From the NCBI RefSeq assembly GCF_018350175.1, contig NC_058368.1, forward strand, positions 116,004,001 to 116,068,000: a stretch of DNA of 64,000 nucleotides, written 5' to 3'. Positions 39,256 through 51,940 of this stretch are shown here, piece after piece. Position numbers and translations under genes: made by a program. A model generated the notes under the pieces. That model made no database searches, was not told the DNA's origin, and saw only the letters and a list, made by a program, of their open reading frames with translations. Numbering within the stretch: position 1 is the stretch's first letter; each line of letters starts with the position of its first letter. The stretch is from Felis catus (taxonomy: Eukaryota).

Positions 39256-42200
39256 CTAAGAAAACTCTATAGAGAAAATTGTAATGCAATTAATTGATAA
39301 AATAAAGAACTATTAGCTTAAAACATTTCAGATTGGAATTATTGTTAGATGGTGGCCCCTACTAGCAAAATGTGACATTGCAACCAGCTTTGCTAGACAC
39401 TATAACATCCAGACAGAAGGAAAAAGCAATGTTCTGAGAGCTATTTATAAGGAGTTAGGGCATCTCTAGACGTGGGAGCCATTCCTGGTTCAAGGCAGGG
39501 GTCAGGGTGCCTAACAGCTTCTCGCAGGGTAGAGTTCGATAAACCACAATGCTCAGGATGCCAAGGGGTTAGCTATTATCTTAACCTCTTCCTCACCAAA
39601 AGATTTTAGTTTTGTCTGTTGGGAAAAAAGATGTCACTAGGAAAAAAAGATTTGCCTTACAACTTTGCTGGAACACATCAGTTTGGTGATGTATGGGACA
39701 CCAGTATTATTTTTGAGAAGGTACATAAAACCAAAGTAAATTATTCTCTATGTAGAACATTATTTACTAGTAGCACATTATTTACTGTTTGGATGTGTTA
39801 GCTTGGACAATTTTTACCAGTAAATATTGATTTTATTTAAAACTGGGAATCCAGTTTATAAATAGGATAGTTGTTGTATCTGTCCTTTCCCCTATGTAAA
39901 GAACAGTTTAAAGATTTATGCATACTTTTTACTTTTCTCTCTTGATGCCATGGAATGGGGTGGGCGGGGTGGGGGGGAGATCTTTGAGTCAACAACTGAC
40001 AAAATGTCTTCTCCAAATTAAAAAATTGAGAAACAGCACTTTAACTCTACACCATTTTAATGCATGTATTAGTTTTCATAATGATTTTTGGTGCATGCCT
40101 TTGGGCTTCTTCAAAAGTGTACAATAGGAAAGTATATTTCCTTTCTTAGAAAGGAGATTTTTTTCTACTTTGCAACTTGTGATTACAAAAATCTTCCTCT
40201 GTGGGAAGATTAACCATGTATTGAACTACTGAAAAGTATATATTTTTAGATATACAGAAGGAATCTACATGGAGCAGCATTCAGACCTATATAGAAACCA
40301 TAGCATTCTGTATAGGACCAAAAAGGAAATAACATTAAACACTTAAACAGACTTTGTTGGGTAGAAATACCTTTAGATCTTGCATTGACTTCCAAAAAGA
40401 AAATACCACAGAAGTTTGCTGAAAACTTTTGTTGTGTGAATTTTCTCTGTCAGTGTATTTAGCCCAAATACAACAGCTTTGGGTTAACACATACATAAGA
40501 ATCAAAAAGAAAAACAAAACAAAACAAAACAAAGCTAACTAAATAGATCAGTCTGGTTTGCCAATCCAGCTTAACTGAAATAAGTAAACTAATCACTTGG
40601 AACATGAAAAACTGTCCAACTCCTCTAAGGTTTTGACAAAATAACCTTGGCTGATGTGGGAAGATTCCCACTTTGATTTCTGACCTGACAGTGAAGATTC
40701 ATGCTTGACATGATTTCAAACCTGACAGTGTCTGTTTAAGGAGCTATGGTACAGTTTGCTAATTCAATCCCAGATACCTGTTGATTACCTGTGAGATCTA
40801 GAGTCCAAAGTAGCCAGCAGCCATATCCCTGAGTGCTCTGTGCCCATCAGATCTCTTAAAGCAAGCAGGGTTGGGACAGGTCACAGCTCAGATGAGTGAC
40901 CTCAGGTGCTGTGGACAGCCCCAGATTCAAGAATTGTATCTGTTTTCTTGGGAGTCATCACTGAACTAATGTCCCACATGGTGTTACTTACTGTAGACGC
41001 TCTCTCTTGGAGGAGGCCTAGAGCACACATCCTAATTGCTTGTGGTACTCAGAGAGGGGGTGCTAACTCTGAGGCCCTGGCCAAATTCCAGTTTAGGGAT
41101 GTGGGTCTTCTTCTTGCCATTCTAATTGGAAATGTGCATCGCTTCCCATTTTCCCTGTTGACCTCAGTGCAAACTGCATTAGCCTGTTTCTTTGCCCTGG
41201 TCCCAAGTAAGATGCTGGTGTGTATTATATGGGCCAAGTTCATGCCTTATCTTAATGCACAAGAGTTGAGGAAGGAGTGAGCTCCATGTCAAAGTGCCCT
41301 GTAGTTGAAGCGTAAACTCTTGTGAGGCTTTGGAGATGAAATGGGCCCTTTTAGCATAAATTGGGGAATATGCACTAGCCGGAGGCTTCCAGCCATGAGG
41401 TGTGAATTGAAACCTATTTCCCTCTTTTCTTATAGCATGTTGAGAAAATCTGTTGGGTTTTCAGCAGTCAGGGAAGGCCGGAGTTCTGCAGCTTTAATCT
41501 GGGTAACTGAGGCTGGTTGGGGCAAGACTTTGGTTAATTAACTGGGTTCTCAGATGCCACAGACTCCGTGAAAAGTCACCATTATTTTCAATGGTTGTGA
41601 TAGAATTTCCCCCCAGTAGCCATTATTTTACGATTATATTGCAGAGTTGCTTTATTTGAGCTTTTCATGTATACACAATCCCAAACTGGAAGAAATAATT
41701 TTAAAAAATAAAAAAGGAATCCTGCTGTGAAAGGTATATATTACTCTAGATTTTTCTTACTGTAAATATTGTAAGATTGTAATACTGTCGATATTTTATT
41801 AACCAACAAATGTTAATCTATGTGAATTCAGACTTATTTTAAATGTGCTTCTTATTTACTGTGTGTGGTCCCTGTTGCTGACAGTATTAAGTTATATTCT
41901 GATGTAAGATTAACTTTATTAAAGAATGTAAACATTAATGTTTCCTTATGGGAAAACAAATAAAGTATAAAGAAGACAATTCTTTTCATTAAATATACTG
42001 TGTATTTACACTTGCTAGACCCAGCACCACTTATCAATTTAGTACACTGTTCAGAATTTTAGTTAACACAGCTGACATGGTTGTGCTCTGTTTTGAAAGT
42101 CTAAAAGGAGGTATTGTTGGAATATAAAGTTTGTATTTGTCTGCTGTGAATCATAATCTTGAAATTTCTAATCAAGTTTGTAAAACTTTTATAGTAAAAC

Positions 42201-42465
42201 ATTTTAATGACAATTTAAAAATTTACTTCTCTAAAGAATGGTCAAAAGAGTATCCTTTCAAAAATAGAATTGTTCTTTAATATCTTTCCAAAATGACTTT
42301 GGTTAAATGGACCAGATGTATATTAGTTAAAATTTAGGACAAAGTTGTGATATTCTTTGAGTTTACAAGTTAATCCGTATTGGAGATGTGCCAATTATAC
42401 AGTAGAATATCATTAATTTGCACTGTTTGGGGACCCCATTAAGAATGCTGAATTTTGCCAACTAA

Positions 42466-42678
<213 letters not shown>

Positions 42679-42800
42679 AACTAGCGAGGTCTGCTGTACT
42701 GCTTATTGAAGTATTGTGATTCTTTTAGGCATTGATTCTTACAAAATATATACTGTAACAGTATACTTTGTACAGATTTAAATTTTATTTGAAAAAATGA

Positions 42801-42890
42801 AATAAAGTAGGCAAAAAAATAAAGATGTTTATTTTTCATGTGACTATATAAACAGATCAGTCTTTTGTTTCAGTGTCTTTGGGGGGACCT
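42801..42890 (+). terminator. Cleavage/polyadenylation signal of the IGIP or distal PURA transcript
   Basis: AATAAA at 42801-42806 and 42818-42823, several upstream TGTA motifs, and downstream T/GT-rich sequence (tgtttatttttcatgtg...tcttttgtttcagtgtctttgg). Confidence 0.8.
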
Positions 42891-45179
42891 GGTTGCTCTT
42901 GCATTTTTTTTTTTCTTTGATAGATGGAAACTGTTTTTCGTACTTAGTAACAGGTATACTTGCCTGATCGTTAATTGGCTTCAAGCATTAAGTGTGCTCT
43001 CTCTCACACTGGAAAACTCTATTTTCTATTTTATTTTAAAACAAATTTATTTATTTCTAAAGATTTTATTTGAATGACTTGCCTGTTTTCTTGAGTCAGT
43101 TTTTAAAATTCTCTGACAGCATGATGGTTAACCCAGCCATCACAACTAAGGAGAAAGAAAAACTTGTCCCATAAATCATGCCCCTTTCCCACGGAAGTTT
43201 TTTTTTGTTTGTTTTCTGTCGTTTTAAATTTGAAATTGGTTCAGGCTAGTAGAAGAGCTACAAAAGAGTACATAACAAAACATGAAGAGAATCCTCTGCA
43301 GAAAATAGAGGTTTGTGCTTTAAAATAAGATCCTTTCAAAACTGCTTTTCTGGTGAGTGGAGTGGTAGGCAGAGAATGAAGTTACCAATGAAAATGTGCA
43401 GGAGTGATCCTTCAGAATAGTTTTAATGGGGTCTTCTTATAGGAAATTAGCTTATTGGACCAAAAAAATGGAGTGGCAGCCTTAGGTATATGACATTTCA
43501 CCCAACCTTTGGGAAGTAGAGTTGGAAGTTTTATTTCTGGCTTTCTCCCCGTTTTATCTTTGCTCATGCTTTCACTTACCTTCAGGCTGGATATAAGGAG
43601 GCTTGGAACAAGCAGTTGCAGGAACTTTATTCACACCATGGAAAAATTTTCAGTGGTATTTAAATGTATGTGACTGCAGTTACATTCTAAAGACTGATGT
43701 GTGGCCATAATAATATCTCAAGATCCTAGTAGTACAGTTCCAGGATTTCCTGGGTGAATCCCAAGAAAGTTTTGCTGTTGTTGTTACTGTTTTTTTTTTT
43801 TTTTTCTTGCTAAAATGGCCCTCCTTTCTACATCTGACAACCATCAACCCAATACAAAATAATGCAGAAACTTTGTTGTATGAAAACTTAAAACTGAGAG
43901 TGTCACTGTTTGGACATAGGAGGCGCAGAGCAAAGAAAAGTTTTCCCTAAGCTCTGCAGGGCCTTTGATTTAGGGGTCACACACCGAACAGGAGACCAGA
44001 TTCCCTTCTGGGCTCTGGGTGGAATCAGACAAACCCCTGGATCCCTGTCCAAGAGTTGAGCTCTCTAGTTATGTAGGAGCTTGAGGTGGGAACTCTAGCC
44101 TTGATTTGTGGTAAATATAAGAGGATTAAAAATCAGAAGCCAGGCCCCTTCCTCACTGTGGCCTTCCCCTTTTAAAGATTCCAGATGGGACTATGGTTAA
44201 AGATGCCCTGTGGTCATGTTGAAGAGCAAGTAGTGAAGTTCTGCAGGGCTACAGGGGGAACATCCCAGACTTGGGATAGTCTGTACTACAGGACAAAGCT
44301 TATAGTACCATTCGAGACCCTCAAGAAAGGTGCCCAGGATGTTCAACAGAACTATTTGTCATTTTTATGTAGCACTTTGTTTTCTAAAGTGATGTAATTG
44401 TCAATCTCTTCTCTGCCCCACCTCTAATAGATGTTAACTTTTATTTGACCATGTGGTGTGTCATTTACTTTGGCTCTTTTGCGTGGTTTTTAGAAATCTC
44501 CCTTGTTCCTAGTTCCAGCAACAGTTTCTTTCTAAGCAGACAGGACTTTCTGATTTAGAGTACAGGGTTTTGGAAGAGGTTGTGCTCATTCAGGATCAGA
44601 GGAAAGAAGAGATCTCTTTTTCAGTGTTTGACTGCTAGCTAACCTCAGGGCCAGCACACATCACCACCGCTTTCACTGCAGCACCATCCCCCACACTTCT
44701 GGGACTGGAGGAGGAGGAGCCTTTTTTTTTTCCCCCTGAAAGTGGGGATTCTACCTTCATATTGCAAATCTCCAGAGTGTTTTCAGTAATGTCATTCCAG
44801 TTCCCTACCAACACTGATTTTATTTCTTTTGATTTCTTCAAATCAGGCCATTTGACACTTAGGTTGGCAATGAGGAAATGTCACAAAACGGAGTCAGTGA
44901 ATGTTGCAGTGTTTAAAAGAGCAGGATATCCCCACTTACAGCCAATGGGATTGCCCAGTTAACCCCACCATCCTAGGAATCCTGACTGTCCTTGCATACC
45001 AAGTTCACACCTTTACACCTTCCCCAACTAGCAGGAGTTTCTGTATCATTCTCCTAGGGAGATTGGCAGCAGCTCTAACCTACCCCACTTTTTTGGTCTC
45101 TGGCAGTGACAGTAAGGGTGTGTCTGTACTGCTACCATCTTACATTTTTCCAGACCCACTACTTTTTATTTATTTGTTT

Positions 45180-45400
45180 AAACACTGAATGCTCAGAATA
45201 TGAAAGGTTCCAAGCTAAGTGTTTTATCTAGGTTTTTAAATTTAATTCTAATACAACCCAAGAGATAGGCACTATCATTACCCCCATTTTACGAAGAGGA
45301 GACTAAGGCACAGAGAGATTAAGTAACATGCCCAGGGTCACATAGTCAGGTCACAAGTCACAAGTCCTGGCGAGCTAATGTCAAAGCACATCCTTGGTCT
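45180..45400 (-). mobile_element. MIR SINE
   Basis: cccccattttacgaagaggagactaaggcacagagagattaagtaacatgcccagggtcaca. Confidence 0.8.
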
Positions 45401-46260
45401 CACTCTAGTGTATTGTCTTCCCCATAAGGTTCTGCCTCCTCTTCTAACTTGTAGAGTCTCCCTGACTTTGCCTCACCTTAGGATGTATTTAGCTGAATGG
45501 CAAAGCTTATGTTCCCTGTATAGCTCAAAAGCCACACTTCCTGTTCTGAAGGTTGATTCATGAATGAATCCACATTTTCATTTCCCCCTCCCCTTTCATG
45601 GGGGAAGGACTTACTCAGAGGAGGGCGAGGAAAGCTGGCAAGTAGCCTTTCTAGGCCTCTCTCCACTGCTCTTGTTTAAGCACAGCCCTAAATACTATTC
45701 CTGCCTTTTCCCACCCTCACCACAATGGCTTGATCAAAGAGCTCTGTGAATGAAGCCCTTGAATTCTGTCTAGTGGAGTTGTTGATTTCTTTCTTTTTCC
45801 CAGATTATAGCCCCCAGCAGACACCCTGTCCTCCTTAAGGCAGACCTCCTGTCTCGGCCCATCTGGCTTCAGATATAGGCTCAGAAAGGATCAGGAGGCA
45901 GTCTCTAGGAAAGGACCCCGGTCAGCCCAGATTCCCAAAACCTCACTATTCACCAGTAATTGCCCTACTTATTGGATCAACTAGTCCTGTAGTTTCTAGC
46001 ACAGAGTTAGTGTTTGGGCTTTTAGGTCTCTAAAGGCACTTTCCTGCATCCTCTAAAATGCTATTTTCCAGATGCTTCCTGACCTCCAAGAGGAGGTCCA
46101 GAGTCTGTCACTCTCCAGGGGCCTCTTCCAAAAATAAAATATGAAATTCCTGGGGACTTGGGGTGGTTTAGATGGCTGTGGCATCTGTTAGAACTCTTGT
46201 CTGAAAAGAGAAGTTCATAATTTAAACTGGAAGCCCTCATGTGTTTTGTATCCTCTAAAG

Positions 46261-46460
46261 TAGTGATTCTTAAAGCGTGGTCCCTGGACCTAAAAGCATG
46301 AGTATTCCCTTAGAAATTGTTAGAATTGCAAATTCTTGGGCCCAACTCCACACTGAACTGAATCAGAACCTTAGCTTTGCTCTTCTGGGGCCCAGCAATC
46401 CCTGTTGTAACAAACTTACCAGGTCATTCTATGGCACGTTGAAGTGTGAGAGCCACACTT
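46261..46460 (+). mobile_element. MER5A-like hAT MITE
   Basis: tagtgattcttaaagcgtggtccctggacc...tgaagtgtgagagccac; flanked by 8-bp ctctaaag duplications as expected for hAT. Confidence 0.8.
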
Positions 46461-46989
46461 CTCTAAAGCAAAGGTTCTTCACGTCTTTGGGAGTCTTTGG
46501 TTTGAGGATCTGATGAAAGCTTGTGATCCTTTCACCTGCTTCACAGACCCCCTCAGGCCAAGTTAAGAATCTCTGCTCTGCAACTTAGAGCTTGTCCATC
46601 CCTCTCTGGCTTCCACCCTCTCAACACCACCTCCAGAAGGGGTGGCCACATCTCTATTTGTTCTTTCATCTGTGTACTGTTGGTTGTCGCCCAGGGTGCA
46701 CGGGGAGAAGAGCGTACTCCATGTATGTGCTGCAACTGTAACCCACGGCCTCCAGGCAAAACCCAAATGTTCAGGCATGGGCCAGCAGCCCAGGAGCCTG
46801 GGACCAAACAGAAAAGTGATTCTTGTAGAGCTGGAAGCTCCGTGACAGAACAGAACCGCTAAAAACTGCTGAACTTCTATGACAGTCCTGGCTGGAGCTT
46901 GCTAGTTGCAGGCAGATTTCTGTCAATGGCCAGTCCTGGCTCTACCTGTTGTCCCTGGTTTGGATGACAAATTATGTGGTCGCCCATTT

Positions 46990-47550
46990 TCTCACCTAAC
47001 TGCTTCCTCGCCAGTCTCCTTACTGCCATTCTTTCCCCCTGCAGTCCATTCTCCACACAGCAGCCCACTTGTAAATACGATGTTGAGGCCCTTATGAGCT
47101 GGCCCCTGCCTAACTGTCCAGCTTTCTGTCCTTCCTTTTACCTCTTGTTCACTTCTCTTAAGCCATAGGGTCATCTCCTTGCATCTTGAATGTGTGGAGC
47201 CGATTGCCACCTAAAGGTCTTTGGCTTTGCTCTTCCTTCCACCTGGAATGTACTTCCCTCCAGATCTCCACACAGCTGTCCCTTCTCCTAATAGGCCTCA
47301 GCTTGTACATTCTTGCTTCAAGGAGGCCGCCTCTGACAACCCAAACTGAAATGGCCCCTCCAATCACTCTCCCTCACTGCTCTCTTTCACTTGTCTTCCT
47401 AGTGCCTATCATTGTCCAAGATTGTCTTTATTGTCTTTTTCTGTCAGTGGGCTAATGCCATGAGGGCAGGACTCACTGAGGCATCCCCAGTGTCCAGATG
47501 AGGCTGGCATACGGCAGACACTCAGTAAACATATGTTAGCTAAATGACTG
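46990..47550 (+). mobile_element. L2 3' fragment
   Basis: ccttccacctggaatgtacttccc...ggcatacggcagacactcagtaaacatatgtt end. Confidence 0.7.
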
Positions 47551-48539
47551 GACTCCAGCAAATCCAGGCCATTTCTGAAAGTCAGCTGTGCCTCTGGGGC
47601 TAACTTCCTCATCCACTTTGAATGCAAGTATTGTCCCTCTGTTTTATCTCGCGGCTGGCCCACAGGTGACTTAGGCGCCCTGAATAGGAGATGATTTTCT
47701 CTGCCTATTGCCAACTTAGCATCCTTAGCATCCTGTGCCTCCCACCTCTGTATGGGCCTCAGTATCTCCTCTCCCTAGCTCTTTCATCTCTAGATGAGGC
47801 TCTGGGGAAAAGACAGTAACCGTGAACTCAACAGATAGCTTAATGCCCTCTCTGCCCTCAAAAGCTTCCCAAAGCATCATTAGTTGGGGCTCTAGCCATT
47901 CAGCATGAATTTGGGGGCCCCTTGGCCACTAAGCATATGAATGGCTTTTCACTTGATAAGCTGGGCACTTACTCTCCCTGGAATCTACTAATTGAGGAAA
48001 GGGAGGAGCCTAGCCATCTGAGAAGTGATGTGCCCTGTTTCTAAATGCTGAGGGGTAGGAGCTATCTAGAGAATTATGGCTTCCATAGAGCACCAATATC
48101 ATTGGTGACATTTCACTGAATCCTGACTCTTCTACTCTCTGTTACTTGGCCCTCTCCCCCCCCCACACACAATCTTTCACATGGTTGTGGTGACAGTCAT
48201 ACCCCCTCCCCCTAAAAACTGCAGGGAAGAAGCAGAAGAGAGCCTTCCTTCTTGATTCTAAACCTGAGGAGGAAATGGGGCTCCTGAGCTCAGCTGAGTT
48301 TAAAATAAATTTAGGCTCCAGGCTATGGAGTTACACAGTCATAGCAAAGTCTTACAGAAATAGGAGAAAGAATTTGAGGGTTTCTAGCCAGTTCTCCATA
48401 AAGTGGATCCTTGGAGAACCAGGCTGCTGCATGGTGGGCAGAGGGTGGGGAATGGGAAGCAAGGACTTGGAGACCAGACTGTCACTCTGGAGGATTTCCA
48501 AGGCTTTTGTGTGAGTCCTGGTCTTTGGGGAAGGAGCCT

Positions 48540-48780
48540 AGCGTGGGGGTTAAAAGTATCAAGTGTGAAATCAGGCCTAGGTGCAAATCTAGGCTCTGTC
48601 ACTCACTAGCTCTGTGCCTTAAGCAATTCTACCTAACCTCTCCTAGTCTCAATTTCCTCATCTGTAAATGGGATAATAGTGCCTACCTCATTTGATTGTT
48701 GGGAAGATTAAGTGAAACAATTTATGTCAAGAGCTTATAGCACAGCTCTTGCCACAGTAATGTTCAAGAAGTGCTATCCT
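48540..48780 (+). mobile_element. MIR SINE
   Basis: ggctctgtcactcactagctctgtgccttaagcaa...tttcctcatctgtaaatgggataatagtgcctacctca. Confidence 0.85.
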
Positions 48781-51309
48781 TATCCTTATCCTTATTGTCA
48801 TTGTATTGTTGTGGTTGTTATTGGAAAAAGGGAGACAAATGTGGAACTTGAGCAGTCAGTAGGAGCACTGCGTCCAGCAGCCTCTGCATTCTAGGTAGAG
48901 GAACCATGCGAAGAGCAGATGCCTCTAGAATAAATAGCTAGTCTGCATTCAGCTAAAGGGAGGGGAACCCGTTCTGACCCCTTCCCGTTTCAGCCTAGGT
49001 ACAGGCCTACCCTCATTCATACCTTTCTTTCTCCTGCCAGTCCAAGGAGGATCACTCTGTGGCTCTCTCTTCACAGACCTCGTTTTATACGGGACCAGAT
49101 TTATTTTGGTCTTTTATTGAGTGTCTCTGTTCTAGACCTGGGGTGTCTGAGGTTTTGTGGTGGTGGTGGATTAGAGTGCTTTTTTAAAAAACAAAATGTG
49201 GTCTCTGTCTAGAGACGCTGCTTCCTTCTGGCTACAGGCAACAGCAGAGACTCTGCCATCTGCCAAGGGTGTGGGATGACTAGAGGTCAATGCTGAATAT
49301 TAATTCACCTGTTGGACATATAAGATAGCAGTTAATCAGCCCTGGGAAACAGCTCTTGCGTAAGAAAAGGAGTGATTTGCCTTTGGCAGAAATTCTTAAG
49401 CTGGTGTTTTGGGGGGTCTGTAAAGCTGAAGTTTTTATACAAAATTGTACCTGTATGTGCAATGTACATTTTTCCAAGAAGAGGATCCATAGGTTTCTTC
49501 AAAACTCTCAAGGGAAGTCACAGCCCAAATAGGTTCAGAATCACTGGTCCTGATCTGAGAATGGAAATAGAAGCCTCCTCTAGGGGTCTCTAAGAAGCTT
49601 CTTCCCTCAGCCTGGCTGATTGACAGGACTGTTAGTGAAAAGGGTGTGGAAGGGCTGCTTAGGCTTTGAGGAAAGAGAGCTACCCTGCATATTGGACCTG
49701 TGTTGGGTGGTTGGAGCCTGCTGTATCCATTCAGGAAGTTGGGGGTTTTGAGATAGCTAAATAACCCCTCTTTAACCTGAAGTGTGGTTACGATATTATA
49801 AGGCACTCTAAACTGCCATATTTTATGCCACATGGGGTTCTGATCTGGTGTCCTCTCAGAAGTAGGAGGCAGGGTTGGGTGCTTCTCGAGGTGTGTTTTG
49901 GTGGTCACAGTGGTGGGGGAGGTGGGAATTTCATTATGTTGCCCTCACTTGAAAGTCCGGAGGAACATAGTTGGTACTCAGCCATAATTTGTGCATTGAT
50001 ATAGAGTTGTTTCCTTTCCTTTTGAAGACATTAAATCTAAGGTCCATGGTCTATTTCTTAACTTCCTGGAGACCAGTGGCTTCTCCTGACCCCTGTGGCA
50101 TCTTTTCTTGAGGGGTCAGGTGCCTTGGTTGTATTTCCAGTTGTGTTTATTTACTCCTTACTCTTCACCCTACAAATCCTGAACATTTCTGAAAGCCTCC
50201 TTGGGGCTTTGATTATTTGATGCTTCTTGTAATATGATTCCATCATTGAGCCTATGCCCCAATTCTAGGCAGTCCTGATTCTGTCTCGTACTTTTTCTCA
50301 ATACCCATCATTCCTTGTTGCAGTTTCTTGTTCATGTTAGAAAATGGCATCTGCCTCCCTGCTGAGACTTTTCTCCCTCCTCTCAAACCTCAGGTCCATG
50401 TCCTAAACCCAGCTTACTGGGTGGCATCAGAATGCAGTAGAGGTTTCCTAACACTTGACTGTCCTCTTACCTAAATCAGGCAAACATGCTCTGAGCTCAG
50501 AGTCAGCTCACAAGTGGGCAGTACAGACTGAGAGTGGCTGAGCACAGTGGTTCCCAGGGCTCTTCCAAGAGTAGAGCCTGATCCTCATAGAGTGAATTGT
50601 CTGAAGAAGGCTCCATGGGACAAGAATTTCACTTTGTTTTGAGGGCCTTGTTCTCCAAACATGAAATAGTCAAGTCTCCAGGACACAGGCCTCTGACTTG
50701 GGGCCATCAGACCACGCAAGGCCATCCAGCTCATCCAAGGACATAGGCACATCCATCATCGCTGCCACTGGGGGTCTGGGCAAGGGCCATCATCCCAAGA
50801 CTGCCCTGATCCCCACAGAGCTGAGGCATCTCATGGAAGTGATTAAAGCCCACACAAGGTGACATTTTTTCAGCACGCTCTTCCAAAAGTCTCTGTGCGG
50901 GGGAAATGAGGTCTTGGGAGGAGCTGCCTGAGCCACATCCACTTTGTGAAAGATGAGCCTAAGGACTGAGAACGTGACGTCTGCCAGAGAGGCAGCCTTG
51001 TTCCTGTTCCTCACCCAGGGCCTCCTATCTTGCTTTACCACCTCCTCTTCTATACCCTGCTCCCCTTCACCCACTCATTTTGACTGGCTCCTAGTAACTA
51101 TGATTTGAATTATCTCTTGATTATAGGGCTCTGAGGATGATGGACAGTGGGGAGTGGCCATCCTCTGGTGTTTATTGGCTTCCTCCTGAACCCTGACTTC
51201 TGAGAAGGAATTGCGAGGGGAAAGACAAGGCCATCTGGTCTTTCAGTCTGCTCCTGGTCAGATCAAGCCACCCCTCAGTCCAGGCCAACCTTATTGGTTC
51301 CTTGGGTTA

Positions 51310-51940
51310 TACAGAGGCTTTTTATTCTGATCAAATGTATCAGTCCTCTCCTTTATGCCTTGGTATTTATGGTCTTTAAATAAGGTTTCCCTATCCTTAG
51401 ATAATAAACATATTCTCCCATATTTTCTTGTATTTCTCTTATAGTTATCTTTCTGTGTTAGTTCTTTAATCCATCTGGAATTTGTTTTCATACATGATGT
51501 GCATTAGGAATCTAGAATTTTTTTTCCAGAGGGTCACATGTTGTCCCAGAATCATTCTATAGGCTATCCTCTCCCCAGTGACTTGAAATACCACTCATCA
51601 TATTTAAAATTCCCATAAGTACATGTGACTGTTTCTGGATTTTCTATTCCACTGCATTGAACTTTTTCATGTTCTTTGGACCAGTACCACACCATTTCAC
51701 TTGTAGTTTTTCAGTATGTTTTGATACAATGTATTTTCCTCCTCTGTTTTTCCCACCCAAATTGTTTTATTATTCTTACATATTTTATCCTTCTGGATGT
51801 ACTTTCCAATCAGCTTGCCTAGTTTCATTTAACAAGTGCTATTAGGATTTTGATTGGAATTTTATCTTATTATATAAATCAAGCTGGAGAGAGTTGATCT
51901 CTTTACAGTATTGAGTCTTCTCGTCCAGAAACAGAATGTC
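51310..51940 (-). mobile_element. Old L1 (L1M) fragment
   Basis: T-rich reverse L1 ORF2 sequence (tctttaatccatctggaatttgttttc; ggattttgattggaatt); ORF 51291..51491 KTNSRWIKEL resembles L1 KINSRWIKDL. Confidence 0.8.
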
